Shown: positions 18,548 to 29,462 of the stretch, piece by piece | How positions within the stretch are numbered: the first letter of the stretch is position 1 | How the letters are laid out: each line of letters opens with the position of its first letter | Assembly (NCBI GenBank): GCA_964629655.1 | Contig: CAZVQU010000001.1 | Span: 484,056 to 548,055, forward strand | Direction of reading: 5' to 3' | Source of the DNA: an uncultured Planctomycetia bacterium | GTDB lineage: Bacteria > Omnitrophota > Gorgyraeia > Duberdicusellales > 4484-171 | Length of the DNA: 64,000 nucleotides | Notes under the pieces: generated by a model | The model's database searches: none | What the model was told of the DNA's origin: nothing | The model's input: the letters and a program-made list of their open reading frames with translations, nothing else | Program-made: the position numbers and the translations under genes

Positions 18548-18976
18548 CTATAATGCTTCTTTCTCTAACTTCTTTAAAAGCGAAAGGGCCAGGTAAGAAG
18601 CACCTGTTACAATTATCGCTGCGCTAAAGTATCCGCAACCAACAGCTAATCCAATCGCCGCACTAACCCAAATACTCGCTGCTGTAGTTAGACCGTGAAT
18701 CCCCTCTCTACTCCTTATAATCGTGCCTGCACCTAAAAAGCCTATTCCGGTGATTACCCCAGCAGCAATCCTTCCGGGATCAATAGTACAACCTTCTCTC
18801 TGATAAATACCATAGATATAAAGAGAAGTTAACATTACTAAAGTTGCACCAACAGTGACCAAAATATGGGTCCTTAAGCCTGCGCTAACACCCTTTTTCT
18901 CTCGTTCCAGGCCGATCACGCCTCCTAGAACAAAGGCTAAAGTTAACCGTATTATTGTTGAAAATAAATTTATCAT
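18548..18976 (-). CDS. MgtC/SapB family membrane protein
   Basis: IGLERE, AGLRTH, DPGRIAAGVITGIGFLGAG, GLTTAASIW. Confidence 0.93.
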   Translation of the reverse strand: MINLFSTIIRLTLAFVLGGVIGLEREKKGVSAGLRTHILVTVGATLVMLTSLYIYGIYQREGCTIDPGRIAAGVITGIGFLGAGTIIRSREGIHGLTTAASIWVSAAIGLAVGCGYFSAAIIVTGASYLALSLLKKLEKEAL

Positions 18977-18977
18977 C

Positions 18978-19967
18978 TTAATTGGGCTGGGCCTTCAACT
19001 CTATAGTGCTTTCTACTCCTTTTACATTATACAGGTAAAAGCCTAATCCTGCAACTATTGCTGCATTATCGCCTGAATACTCCAAAGGCGCAAGAAAAAC
19101 CTTTGTTTCTCTCTTTTCCTCTTCCCTAAGGCGTTTTCGCAAGTACTTATTAGCAACAACACCGCCGCCGCAAACGATCCTCTTCATCCTAAACTTATCT
19201 CTTGCCTCTAAAATCGTACTTATGATTGTCTCTAAAGCTACATATTGGAAAGAGGAAACAAGCTTTTTTCTCATCTCTGGATTAAAAAGACCTTTCTTTT
19301 CGAGTTCGTTCTTCTTGCAAATAAGAGCAGTCTTAATCCCGCTAAAACTTAAATCAAAACCTATTTTTCCACACTTGAAGTTAAAATCATCTTTATATTT
19401 AGCCTTAAAGAGCTTGTCAATGATTGGCCCTCCGGGATAACCCAGATTATAAGCTTTGGCTACCTTATCAAAAACCTCTCCGCAAGCATCATCGAGAGTC
19501 TGTCCTAAAGTCTTTATTTTATCAAAGTCATCGACCTGATAAATCTCTGTGTGACCGCCGGATATTACTACTCCCAAAAAAGGAAATTTCAATTTCTGGG
19601 AATAATTTAAGAAAGGAGCAAAAAGATGAGCATGAAGGTGGTTAATCCCAATAAGAGGTTTTGCTAAAGCTAAAGAGAGAGTTTTAGCGAAGTTAAGTCC
19701 AACAACTAAGGCTCCGACTAAGCCAGGTTTATGAGTCACAGCTATTAAGTCTAACCTTTTTAATGATATTCCGGCTTCTTCACTGGCAGCTGATAAAACC
19801 TTATCAATATTCCTAAGGTGGGCCCGAGTAGCTATCTCTGGTACTACTCCCCCATATTTCTTATGTTCTTTTAAAGAAGATAGCGTTACATTGGAAAGGA
19901 CTTGGTAATCTTTTAGGATTGCACAAGAAGTCTCATCGCAAGAAGTCTCAATACCAAGGATATACAT
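18978..19967 (-). CDS. tsaD: tRNA t6A37 threonylcarbamoyltransferase TsaD
   Basis: GIETSCDET, GGVVPEIA, HLHAH, SGGHT, DDACGE.FDK, DNAA. Confidence 0.96.
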   Translation of the reverse strand: MYILGIETSCDETSCAILKDYQVLSNVTLSSLKEHKKYGGVVPEIATRAHLRNIDKVLSAASEEAGISLKRLDLIAVTHKPGLVGALVVGLNFAKTLSLALAKPLIGINHLHAHLFAPFLNYSQKLKFPFLGVVISGGHTEIYQVDDFDKIKTLGQTLDDACGEVFDKVAKAYNLGYPGGPIIDKLFKAKYKDDFNFKCGKIGFDLSFSGIKTALICKKNELEKKGLFNPEMRKKLVSSFQYVALETIISTILEARDKFRMKRIVCGGGVVANKYLRKRLREEEKRETKVFLAPLEYSGDNAAIVAGLGFYLYNVKGVESTIELKAQPN

Positions 19968-19971
19968 TAGC

Positions 19972-21183
19972 TCATTTATTTAATACAAGAAGACCTTTGA
20001 TCAGGTCTAAAGCTCTTAATATCTGGTTATCTTCCTTGTAATCAAATTCTTTCTTCTTGTCTAAGTTCTCAAAAACATCCTCTTCTGATTCCTCTGCCAC
20101 TTCTTTCGATACCTCGATATCTGGCTCTACCCCTTTCTCATGGATGCTCTCTTCACTCGGTGTGTAGTATTTAGAAGTAGTAAGGCGCATAGCCGAACCA
20201 TCGGATAAAGGAAGTATCGTTTGAACCGACCCTTTACCAAAGGTGGTTTCTCCAAGCAAAACTGCCCGGTTATTTTCTCTCAAAGCTGAGGCAAGAATTT
20301 CGCTTGCCGAAGCACTACCCTTATTTATCAATACCACCATTGGAATATCTAGATACTTCTTGCCTAAAGACACTGACCTATATATTCTCTTCTCTTCGGT
20401 TCTTGAATCAGTAGAGACTACGGTCATCCCATCCTCCAAAAATCTGCTTGATATGTCTATAGATGAGTTAAGCAATCCTCCGGGGTTATTCCTCACATCA
20501 ATAATCAAAGCTTTTAAGCCATCCTTTTCTAATTGCTTCAAGGCTTTACCCAGATCTTTTGAAGTACTCTCTCTAAACTCTCCAATCTTTACATAGCCAA
20601 TACCGTCTTCTAAAATCGTTGGTCTTTTTATATCTTTTATCTTTATTATATCCCTTACAATAGTTACATCTTCAACTTTCCTGCTTTTTTCTCTCAAGAC
20701 TGTTATAGTAACTTCAGTCTGAGGATCACCGCGTAATTTTTTAACTGCACCATTTAAAGTAATTTCCTTAGTCAATTCGCCATCTATTTTAATAATAATA
20801 TCCCCGGCTTCAATCCCGGCCCGCCAGGCTGGCGTATCTTCTATCGGAGAAATAATAGTAAGAAGACCATTTCTTATGGTAATCTCAATTCCAAGACCTC
20901 CAAATTGTCCTTCGGTCTCTACAAGAAGGTTTTTATAATCATCGGGAGCTAAGAACTGACTATAAGCGTCTAATGAAAGCGCCATCCCTCTCATTGCTCC
21001 GTAGACTAGGTCCTCTGCGGTCTTCTCTTCTACGTATTTTCCCTCAATGACTGCTAGGCCTTCAGCAAATATCTCTAGCTCTCGATACAAATCATCTTTA
21101 TCCTTACCAAACGATACTCCTGCTTGGTATGAAGAAATAACCATTGCTAAAATTACTGTAAGAGCAATAAATCTTCTTTTCAT
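19972..21183 (-). CDS. ctpA: S41 carboxyl-terminal processing protease
   Basis: Signal peptide, PDZ (GLGIEI), DVRNNPGGLL, SASASEI, TFGKGSVQ. Confidence 0.94.
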   Translation of the reverse strand: MKRRFIALTVILAMVISSYQAGVSFGKDKDDLYRELEIFAEGLAVIEGKYVEEKTAEDLVYGAMRGMALSLDAYSQFLAPDDYKNLLVETEGQFGGLGIEITIRNGLLTIISPIEDTPAWRAGIEAGDIIIKIDGELTKEITLNGAVKKLRGDPQTEVTITVLREKSRKVEDVTIVRDIIKIKDIKRPTILEDGIGYVKIGEFRESTSKDLGKALKQLEKDGLKALIIDVRNNPGGLLNSSIDISSRFLEDGMTVVSTDSRTEEKRIYRSVSLGKKYLDIPMVVLINKGSASASEILASALRENNRAVLLGETTFGKGSVQTILPLSDGSAMRLTTSKYYTPSEESIHEKGVEPDIEVSKEVAEESEEDVFENLDKKKEFDYKEDNQILRALDLIKGLLVLNK

Positions 21184-22598
21184 CTTTCGATCCTCCTTTT
21201 TAGCATTTCTCTTGCCACTTGTGGGTTAGCTTTACCCTTACTCTTTTTCATTACTTGTCCAACAAGAAACATTATTGCCTGATCCTTACCTTCTAAATAC
21301 TCCTTAACCGGTTTAGGATTCTCTTTTACGGCCTCTTCGATGAATACGCCTAATTGATCTTCCCCGGAAACTTGAGTGAGGCCTTCTTTCTCAATAATAC
21401 TATCTATATCCTGATCAGTAGCGATGCTCAATGAAAGAGCTTTCTTAGCTGATAAATTATTTAATTTCCCCTGGCCAAAGTATTTTACTATCTGAGCAAA
21501 CTTTTGTGCAGATATTTTTACTGAGCCAAATCCCTTCTCTAAAGTATTCACCTGTTCTAGAAATGGTCCTAGAAGCCAATTAGATAACTCTTGCGGTTTA
21601 GGATAAGATTTATTGGCCTCTTCAAAAAAATCAGCTAGCCAAGAATTAGCGATAATTACATCTATTTCTTTGGGGCCAATCTTATAATCTTTTAAGAATC
21701 TCTTTCTCCTCTCTATCGGCAACTCCCCAACCAAAGCTTTTTCTTCCTCGATAAGTTTACTGGAAACAGAAAAATCTAGAAGATCAGGCTCAGGAAAATA
21801 ACGATAGTCATGAGCCCGCTCCTTTGTACGCATAACTACTGTCTTTAGCTTCTCAACATCCCACAACCTGGTCTCCTGGGTTATTTTTTCCTCTGATTCT
21901 ATAGCCTTAGCTTGACGCTTGGCTTCAAACTCTAAAGCTGCCCTGACCCCTTTAAAACTATTCATATTCTTCAGCTCAACTTTTGTACCTAACTTAGTAT
22001 CCCCTTTTCTACGCAGAGAAATATTAGCATCGCAGCGCAAGGAACCCTTCTCCATATCGCAATCAGAAGCACCGATGTATTGAAGAATTAATTTCAAATA
22101 CGTTAAGTAATCATAAGCTTCTTCGGGACTTCTCATGTCCGGCTCAGAGACAATCTCCAGCAATGGTGTGCCAGTGCGATTAAAATCTACCCAGGAACAA
22201 TCATCTTTGTGAATAAGCTTACCAGCATCTTCTTCGAGATGCACTCTATTCACATTTATCTTTTTGCCTGAGGGAAACTCTAAAACTCCAGCCTCTCCCA
22301 AAGGCATTTTATATTGGGAAATTTGATAATCTTTAGGCAAATCAGGATAAAAGTAATTCTTACGTTCAAAGTATATAGACCGATTAATCTTACAGCTTAG
22401 GGCTAGAGAAACTCTTACTGCTAACTCTAAAGCTCGTTTGTTAAAGACCGGTAAAACTCCCGGATAGCCGCAACAAACCGGACAAATATTACTATTAGGT
22501 GAGCTCTGGAATTTTGTAGAGCAAGAACAGAATATTTTCGACTCTGTCTTTAACTGAGTATGGACCTCAAGGCCAATTACAACTTCAAAATTACTCAT
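21180..22598 (-). CDS. gatB: Asp/Glu-tRNA amidotransferase subunit B
   Basis: IGLEVH, RKNYFYPD, HLEEDAGK, RCDANIS, YRYFPEPD. Confidence 0.98.
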   Translation of the reverse strand: MSNFEVVIGLEVHTQLKTESKIFCSCSTKFQSSPNSNICPVCCGYPGVLPVFNKRALELAVRVSLALSCKINRSIYFERKNYFYPDLPKDYQISQYKMPLGEAGVLEFPSGKKINVNRVHLEEDAGKLIHKDDCSWVDFNRTGTPLLEIVSEPDMRSPEEAYDYLTYLKLILQYIGASDCDMEKGSLRCDANISLRRKGDTKLGTKVELKNMNSFKGVRAALEFEAKRQAKAIESEEKITQETRLWDVEKLKTVVMRTKERAHDYRYFPEPDLLDFSVSSKLIEEEKALVGELPIERRKRFLKDYKIGPKEIDVIIANSWLADFFEEANKSYPKPQELSNWLLGPFLEQVNTLEKGFGSVKISAQKFAQIVKYFGQGKLNNLSAKKALSLSIATDQDIDSIIEKEGLTQVSGEDQLGVFIEEAVKENPKPVKEYLEGKDQAIMFLVGQVMKKSKGKANPQVAREMLKRRIER

Positions 22599-24024
22599 GG
22601 CTAACCTTTGGTATCTGGCTATGAAAATCAGTACAACTTTGAAAAGCTGAGCCTAGCTTTATAAGTGTCGCCTCGTCAAACTCTTTCCCAATCAGCTGCC
22701 CCCCTATCGGTAGCCTTTGCGAAGAAAATCCGCAAGGAAAAGATACAGCTGGCAAACCGGCTAGATTCGTAGAAATAGTATAAATATCCGATAAATACAT
22801 GCTTAAAGGATCACTGGCCTTTTCGCCAATTTTAAAGGCGGTTGTCGGAGAGGTTGGGGTAAGAATAGCGTCAACCTTTTTAAAAACCTGATCAAATTCT
22901 CTTCTAATCAGGGTTCTGGCTTTAAGAGCTTTTAGGTAGTAGGCATCATAATATCCGCTGGAAAGGCTATAAGTGCCTAAAAAAATCCTCCTCTTGGCTT
23001 CATCACCAAAACCTTGGCCTCTGGAATTCGCATAAAGATCTTCTAATCTATCAGCCTTTGCTCTTAAGCCATATCTTATCCCATCAAATCTCTGTAGATT
23101 TGAACTAGCTTCAGAAGAAGCAATAATATAATAGGTTGCTACTGCATATTCAGTATGGGGCAGACTGATTCCAATCATTTCTGCTCCTTTTTCTTCAAGA
23201 ATTTTCTTAATCCCCTCAACTGCAGCCTTAACTTCTGAATCTAAACCTTCTGAAAAATACTCCTTTGGTATACCTATCTTTAAACCCTTAATGTCATTGT
23301 TTAAGGATTTGGTAAAATCAGGCAAATCCAAGGAGGCTGAAGTTGAATCTCTATGGTCGTGCCCACAAATTATATTTAAAAGATGAGCACAATCAATAAA
23401 ATCTGTAGTTATCGGACCAATCTGGTCTAAGCTTGAACCAAAAGCAACTAAGCCAAAGCGCGAGACCCGACCATAAGTAGGCTTAAATCCTACTACTCCG
23501 CAAAGACAAGCTGGCTGACGAATTGATCCTCCGGTATCTGAGCCTAAGGCAAAAGGAACTAGGCGAGCTGCCACTGCTGCTGCTGAACCGCCGCTTGAAC
23601 CTCCGACGACTCTTGTTGTATCCCAAGGATTTTTTGTAGGGCCGTAACAAGAATTTTCTGTGGATGAACCAAAAGCAAATTCATCCATGTTTGTGGTTCC
23701 AATAATATCTAACCCGGCATCCTTTAACCTTCTTATTACCTCGGCATCATAGACTGCTATATGGTTGGCTAGGATTTTAGAAGCGCAAGTAATCTTCTTT
23801 CCCTTTATGCAAATATTATCCTTTATAGCAATCGGTAGCCCGGAGAGAAAAGATTTACCAGTTCCGGTAACTGGCTCCTCATAGGGTTCTACAAAACTAC
23901 CCAGGCAAGGATCGATCTTCTTTATTCTGTCTTTAAAGAAAGAAAAGGCCTCTTCTCTTTTTAATTTTTTGGTGCTGATTTTTTCTGCTAGCCCACTTGC
24001 GCTAACATTAACTAGCTCTTCCAT
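22591..24024 (-). CDS. gatA: Asp/Glu-tRNA amidotransferase subunit A
   Basis: Amidase signature GGSSGGSAAAV, GSDTGGSIRQPA. Confidence 0.98.
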   Translation of the reverse strand: MEELVNVSASGLAEKISTKKLKREEAFSFFKDRIKKIDPCLGSFVEPYEEPVTGTGKSFLSGLPIAIKDNICIKGKKITCASKILANHIAVYDAEVIRRLKDAGLDIIGTTNMDEFAFGSSTENSCYGPTKNPWDTTRVVGGSSGGSAAAVAARLVPFALGSDTGGSIRQPACLCGVVGFKPTYGRVSRFGLVAFGSSLDQIGPITTDFIDCAHLLNIICGHDHRDSTSASLDLPDFTKSLNNDIKGLKIGIPKEYFSEGLDSEVKAAVEGIKKILEEKGAEMIGISLPHTEYAVATYYIIASSEASSNLQRFDGIRYGLRAKADRLEDLYANSRGQGFGDEAKRRIFLGTYSLSSGYYDAYYLKALKARTLIRREFDQVFKKVDAILTPTSPTTAFKIGEKASDPLSMYLSDIYTISTNLAGLPAVSFPCGFSSQRLPIGGQLIGKEFDEATLIKLGSAFQSCTDFHSQIPKVSHE

Positions 24025-24309
24025 TTATTCAATAACCTTAGGGATTTTAAAATAATCGCCTTCCCGAGATGGGGAATTTCTTAAGATCTCTTCCCGGCAG
24101 TCAGAAGGTATAGCTTTATCCTCACGGAAGACATCTCGGGTAATATGTGCTCCTCTTGAAGGCTGGACCCCGGCTACATCCAGCTCTTTTAGCTTATCAA
24201 TGTAGCCGATAATTTTAGAAAGCTGTTCTTCTAAAGAACTCTCTTGCTGGAGAGTTATCTTTATCCTGGCTAAATTAGCTACATATTCTACATCTTTTTT
24301 TCCAGCCAT
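24025..24309 (-). CDS. gatC: Asp/Glu-tRNA amidotransferase subunit C
   Basis: VANLARI...REDK...YFKIPKVIE; upstream of gatA. Confidence 0.95.
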   Translation of the reverse strand: MAGKKDVEYVANLARIKITLQQESSLEEQLSKIIGYIDKLKELDVAGVQPSRGAHITRDVFREDKAIPSDCREEILRNSPSREGDYFKIPKVIE

Positions 24310-24395
24310 CTCGCTCCTTTTATTTTAAAATTATACCACTCACCATTCAAAAATCTATTCATTTTCCTAAAACTCTATTGTTCTATTACTTCTGT

Positions 24396-25940
24396 CTATG
24401 AGGGGCGTAATTTACCTCGAAAGAGGGTGAGTTCCAAGAATGTCTGAAGCCGACGTGAGCGGCTAGGACGCCTTAATTTCTTCAATGCTTTGGCTTCGAT
24501 TTGTCGTATGCGTTCACGGGTAACTTTAAAAATGGTTCCCACTTCTTCTAAGGTTTTAGGGCTGCCATCTTCTAGGCCAAACCTTAAAGTAAGGATATTC
24601 CTTTCGCGATCAGTTAAACTATCCATAGCCTGCTCTAGTTCTTCTTTGAGCATAGAAAATACAGTAGCATTAGCCGGCGACACTGCTTTCTTGTCCTCAA
24701 TGAAATCACCAAAAGAAGTATCTCCATCATCGCCAATAGGCGTATGTATCGATATCGGCTGCTGAGATACCTTAATGATATCCTTTATCTTAGTAACCGG
24801 AAGCCTTAACTCTTTGGATAACTCCTCCGGTGTAGGTTCTTTTCCTTTTTCTTGGATAAAAAGCCGTGAAATACGAATTATCTTATTAATGGTCTCGGTC
24901 ATATGCACAGGGATCCTAATCGTCCGAGCCTGATCAGCGATAGCCCGAGTTATTGCCTGTCTTATCCACCAAGTAGCGTAAGTAGAAAACTTATATCCTC
25001 GCTTATATTCAAACTTCTCTACGGCTTTGATAAGGCCGATATTGCCCTCTTGAATTAAATCTAGAAAGGAAAGGCCACGGTTTACATATTTCTTAGCTAT
25101 ACTCACTACTAACCGCAGGTTTGCCTCAACAAGCGTACTCTTGGCTTGATTATAAAGCGTAGCCTTGTTAAGAATAGCCCGCATCTTATCTTTTACTTCT
25201 TGATCACCAAAGCCTAATTTTCTTATTAGCTTATTCCTCTCTCTTACTAAAGACCTTTTCTCTGTAGCCTTCTTGCTGCTTTTACCCTTTATTTTTTCAA
25301 TCCTTCTTCTTAACTTCTCAGACTCCCGAACGATATTTCTGGTCTTAATAATGATTTGTTCGATAATTCCAATAGTGAAGTTGAATTCTTTTAAAACATT
25401 CTTCTGGCTTCCGATTTTTTTAATTCTCGACAGCTTACCATAAAGCTTTTTTATCCTTTTTATCTCCTTCTCTTTACTCTTAATCTCACCCTTAACAAAA
25501 TCGTCAGGGTTAAGCTGATCTTTAATTAATTGCTTAGAAATGTTTATAAAGGTATCCCGGGATATACCTGTAGAAAATACCTCCTCGCGCAAAATCTCTT
25601 CAGCATCTTCGATTTTCTTCGCCAACCTTATCTCTTCATCGCGAGAAAGCAAAGGAATTTGCCCCATCTGTTTTAAATACATCTTAACCGGATCATCTAT
25701 AGGCTGGGTGGTAGGAGTAACCTGTTTTTTCTTCTCCTTCTCCCACTCCGGAACCTCTTTAGCCTCTAGAACACTTATATCCTTAGTGTCTAAATGCTCA
25801 AAGATAGTATCTAAAGCCTTGGCGTTTATTATCTCTTCGGAAAGAAAATGATTTATTTCATCGTAGGTAAGATAGCCTTTTTTCTTTCCCAGCTCGACTA
25901 ATTGCTTAATGCTTCTGTCTAAAAGTTTCTTCCTAACCAT
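24396..25940 (-). CDS. rpoD: RNA polymerase primary sigma factor
   Basis: Region 1.1 (GKKKGYLTY), [41 protein letters not shown]. Confidence 0.98.
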   Translation of the reverse strand: MVRKKLLDRSIKQLVELGKKKGYLTYDEINHFLSEEIINAKALDTIFEHLDTKDISVLEAKEVPEWEKEKKKQVTPTTQPIDDPVKMYLKQMGQIPLLSRDEEIRLAKKIEDAEEILREEVFSTGISRDTFINISKQLIKDQLNPDDFVKGEIKSKEKEIKRIKKLYGKLSRIKKIGSQKNVLKEFNFTIGIIEQIIIKTRNIVRESEKLRRRIEKIKGKSSKKATEKRSLVRERNKLIRKLGFGDQEVKDKMRAILNKATLYNQAKSTLVEANLRLVVSIAKKYVNRGLSFLDLIQEGNIGLIKAVEKFEYKRGYKFSTYATWWIRQAITRAIADQARTIRIPVHMTETINKIIRISRLFIQEKGKEPTPEELSKELRLPVTKIKDIIKVSQQPISIHTPIGDDGDTSFGDFIEDKKAVSPANATVFSMLKEELEQAMDSLTDRERNILTLRFGLEDGSPKTLEEVGTIFKVTRERIRQIEAKALKKLRRPSRSRRLQTFLELTLFRGKLRPS

Positions 25941-27702
25941 TCCTTACCTCACTATTAATTTTTTTGTGTTTATTCATTAACTCTATTTTTCTTTTTTCAT
26001 CACCCCTAGCTTCTGCTTCTCTTATCTCCTCGCGCAATCTTTTTTTTAGTTGTTTCACGCCGTCTTTGCACAATTTAACAAGGCTGCCTTTGAACTCTTC
26101 GTTATTCAGTAGTATATTTTCGTCGATCAAAATTTGAGAAACAAAACTGCTGATTTCTTTGTCCTCTATTGCTCCTGAGAACTTTTGCATCGAATTGTTC
26201 CCTTCTGTAGAATAACTGTTAAAAAGAAACGAAACGGTCTTTTGCGATAAATGCGAACTAAAATACTCTTTCTTCAACTTCTTTTTTGCTAAGGCAAGTG
26301 CTTTAGGATTAGTAAGCATACCTTTAATTATCACTCTTTCGGCTATTGGCACGAATTCATTATTTATTCTTGAGCCAGCAGGAGTTGCTGGCGAAGCCTT
26401 AGTTTTGCCGTAATTTTTGTTAGTTTTTGATAAGACATTGCGAAACTCTGCAATCACAATCTCTTCCTTAAGGCCTAAATTATCAGCAAGTTTTTTGATA
26501 TACTCGTACTTCTTAATCTCACTGCTTAATTTATCTAAAGTAATAAGCACCTCTTTAGCAATCTTGGTTTTGCCTTCTATAGAGTCAACATCGTAGGTTC
26601 TCTTTAGACTATCTAACTTATAATCAAAAAAATCAAGCTTCTCATCCAATAGCTTTAGAAAAGCTCCCTTGCCCTGTTTGCGGACTAATGAATCCGGGTC
26701 GTAACCTTTGGCCAAATGTACAACCTTAACTTTCAAATCGCTCTCAAGAAGCAAATCTATTGACCGTGCCGTAGCAGTTTCTCCGGCTTTATCAGAATCA
26801 TAGACTAAGACTACACAAGAAGCATATCTTTTTATTAGACGGATTTGCTCAGAAGTTAAGGCTGTGCCTAAAGAAGCGACGATATTTTTTATCCCTCTCA
26901 TAAAAGGCGTGATCATATCTAAATACCCTTCAACCACAACTACACTATCTTCTTTAATTATTTCATCCTTGGAAAAATTAAGACCGTAAAGATGTTCCCT
27001 CTTGCTATAAAGAACACTTTCTAGGGAATTAATATACTTGGGAGAGTTAGGTATGTCTTTCCAAGTCCGTGCTCCAAACCCAACGACACGAGAACGAATA
27101 TCAAAAATTGGGAAAGTAATTCTATTTATAAATAAGTCACGAAAACTTCCTCGGTTTGAGGTAACCAAAGATGCTTTTTCCAAAACCTCTAAGGTAAAGC
27201 CGGATTTACGCATATGTTGAATAAGGGAATCATGGCCGGGAGCAAACCCGAGGTGAAATTTATTGATCGTCTCTGGACCAATCCCCCTCTTTTCTAAATA
27301 AGTACGGATAACCTGACAGTCCTTACTTTCCCTTAGAATATTATGGAAAAAAGAAGCACCTTTACTGGTAGCTTCGTAGAGAAAATTCTTAGTTTTCACA
27401 TTCTTGCTCTTCTGGTATGGCATAGCCATACCCAATCCCTTAGCCAACATCTCTACAGCTTCGGGAAAAGTTACCTTCTCGATGAGGGTCAGGAATTGAA
27501 AGACCCCTCCGCCTTCACCGCATCCAAAACAATGAAAAATTTGTTTTTGCGGACTTACAATAAAAGACGGGGTTTTCTCACCGTGGAATGGACAGACAGC
27601 CTTAAAATTTCTGCCGGTTTTTTTAAGAGACACATAGCCAGAAATTACCTCTGCAATATCTGTCCTAGATTGAACTTCTTCTATAAATTGTTGAGGAATC
27701 AT
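25933..27702 (-). CDS. dnaG: DNA primase
   Basis: [11 protein letters not shown] zinc finger, PKYINS, EGYLD, YDSDKAG, DPD. Confidence 0.98.
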   Translation of the reverse strand: MIPQQFIEEVQSRTDIAEVISGYVSLKKTGRNFKAVCPFHGEKTPSFIVSPQKQIFHCFGCGEGGGVFQFLTLIEKVTFPEAVEMLAKGLGMAMPYQKSKNVKTKNFLYEATSKGASFFHNILRESKDCQVIRTYLEKRGIGPETINKFHLGFAPGHDSLIQHMRKSGFTLEVLEKASLVTSNRGSFRDLFINRITFPIFDIRSRVVGFGARTWKDIPNSPKYINSLESVLYSKREHLYGLNFSKDEIIKEDSVVVVEGYLDMITPFMRGIKNIVASLGTALTSEQIRLIKRYASCVVLVYDSDKAGETATARSIDLLLESDLKVKVVHLAKGYDPDSLVRKQGKGAFLKLLDEKLDFFDYKLDSLKRTYDVDSIEGKTKIAKEVLITLDKLSSEIKKYEYIKKLADNLGLKEEIVIAEFRNVLSKTNKNYGKTKASPATPAGSRINNEFVPIAERVIIKGMLTNPKALALAKKKLKKEYFSSHLSQKTVSFLFNSYSTEGNNSMQKFSGAIEDKEISSFVSQILIDENILLNNEEFKGSLVKLCKDGVKQLKKRLREEIREAEARGDEKRKIELMNKHKKINSEVRNG

Positions 27703-27753
27703 AGCCAGACCAGCTAATTAATTGATTGTCTTATTAATCGGTTAAGTGGTTAA

Positions 27754-28713
27754 TTACTTCTTTCGTTTGAATCTTCGGAATCCTGATAATTCGTAAATTT
27801 TGAGTTTTTCTTTTCCCTCGAGATAATCAAGCATAATGTTAATGCCTAAGCTATCAGAGGCGATATGTGAAGCGAAGATTACATTTATCTTGGATTCCTT
27901 ACACTTTTTAAAGTGTTCTTCGGATTGATGCATGGCAATTATGGTATCGACCCCTTTAGAAGCAAGCTCTTTGTAGATACCTTTTGGCCCTTCTGTGCCT
28001 CCGGTAAACTCAAGGTGAATATTCTTGCACCGGGAATTTTTACTTCCCACTACTATTCGAGGAGGATTATTATTCTTTGCAGCATCAAAATACTCAGGAA
28101 TAGTCTGTAAGATATCGGTTATCTTACCCAAAGTTGCCGGTTTGTTCTTATCTATTGTTTTTCTTAGGTGTTGATAAGCAAGGTTGTCACAAGGTGTGTG
28201 AGCGCAGATAAAATTTATATTAAGTAGGCGGGCTATATCAACGCCTCTAGAATGATTAGCTGAACTTACTCTTCTGGCAACTTGAAATTTCCTCTCCTCA
28301 AGAAGTTTCTCGCAAACCCCTAAGGCTACTCCTTCTTTGGCAAAAACATCGATCTGCAAATCCATCACGTCATAGAAATTAGCATAGGCTCGGCCTTGAG
28401 GGTGGTGAGAAACTACTAGATCTATTTTCTTTCCTTTTTCTCTCAACCTATCAACGAGAACCAACTCCCCGCCATCAATGTCTATACCAACAATCATAGA
28501 CTTTATATCACTCACCGGATCACCAACAAGAATACGGGTGTCAGCAAAAGGATTAGATAGCGAATCCTGGTCGAATAGTTCCTTATCTACCTTATCTAAT
28601 TTATTGAATTTCCTCTTATTCCTTTGAAGGAGTGTTTCAATTTCTTTATGGCTACGAACATCAGCATCAATACCTTTCTTTATTATTTCCTGGTAAAGGT
28701 TTTTCAGCTTCAT
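27754..28713 (-). CDS. NIF3-like (NGG1p interacting factor) dinuclear metal protein
   Basis: GIDID, SHHPQG, HTPCDN, FTGGTEG, MHQSE, HIASDSLG. Confidence 0.8.
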   Translation of the reverse strand: MKLKNLYQEIIKKGIDADVRSHKEIETLLQRNKRKFNKLDKVDKELFDQDSLSNPFADTRILVGDPVSDIKSMIVGIDIDGGELVLVDRLREKGKKIDLVVSHHPQGRAYANFYDVMDLQIDVFAKEGVALGVCEKLLEERKFQVARRVSSANHSRGVDIARLLNINFICAHTPCDNLAYQHLRKTIDKNKPATLGKITDILQTIPEYFDAAKNNNPPRIVVGSKNSRCKNIHLEFTGGTEGPKGIYKELASKGVDTIIAMHQSEEHFKKCKESKINVIFASHIASDSLGINIMLDYLEGKEKLKIYELSGFRRFKRKK

Positions 28714-29239
28714 AATACTCTTCTACCTCCTTATTTGCTACTATCTTGGAATTAAATTTACCGTAACCTTTAAGGGCTACTAAATAAATCTTAGGGCTAA
28801 TATCTTTAAATATACTATAAGATATACTATGACGATAATACTTCGAGTCAAGAGGAGATAAATGCAATGAAAAAAAGATTACACTCCCTATAAGAGAGGC
28901 TCTAAAAGCTCCTAAAAAGAACAATACTATCCTTGCCTTAAAGCATACTCCATCTTTTTTACAGAAGACAGTTGCTATCATCCTGGAAAGGGTAAAAATT
29001 AACCTTATCCATAGGAAAATTGAGATAAAAGATAGCAGCAGAAAGTATTCTCTACTTAAAAATGGTATCTTATCTGCCAAGGAAGAATAATAATGGAAAG
29101 CAAAAAAAGATCCTAAAAGAATTCCGGCCAGCTTAAAACTTTCACAGACAATTCCTCGAGAAATTGAGATGTAAATAACTCTCAGACAGAGAATTAAAAA
29201 AATAAAATCTATAAAGTTTTGGCTTTCAAATATTTCCAT
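28667..29239 (-). CDS. CvpA family membrane protein
   Basis: IDFIFL....YISISRG...E, four TM helices, LGAFRA. Start refined to ATG at 29239. Confidence 0.75.
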   Translation of the reverse strand: MEIFESQNFIDFIFLILCLRVIYISISRGIVCESFKLAGILLGSFFAFHYYSSLADKIPFLSREYFLLLSFISIFLWIRLIFTLSRMIATVFCKKDGVCFKARIVLFFLGAFRASLIGSVIFFSLHLSPLDSKYYRHSISYSIFKDISPKIYLVALKGYGKFNSKIVANKEVEEYYEAEKPLPGNNKERY

Positions 29240-29357
29240 TTTTAAGTGTAAGTAGTATATAGCATACGCACCAAAATTTGTCAAGGGAACCTTTGCCGAT
29301 CGGCCGGAAAGACCAAATGTATTGATTTTTGGCTATGTTTATGGTAAGTTGAAATCG

Positions 29358-29462
29358 ATGAAAAGATATTTCTTCCTTATCATCCTTGCCTTATTCGCAC
29401 TCCCCTTTTTAGGTTATCGCCAGACAATGGCCAAGGCAAAAGGTGGTTATTTAAATGGATAA
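29358..29462 (+). CDS. Putative 34-aa hydrophobic microprotein
   Basis: Manual translation MKRYFFLIILALFALPFLGYRQTMAKAKGGYLNG*; its stop lies just inside the FIST start. Confidence 0.4.
   Translation: MKRYFFLIILALFALPFLGYRQTMAKAKGGYLNG

Noticed and set aside
29450-29456. TTTAAAT slippery heptamer that might fuse the 34-aa peptide to FIST
   Set aside because: FIST is in the +1 frame relative to the peptide, so a -1 slip would not join them.
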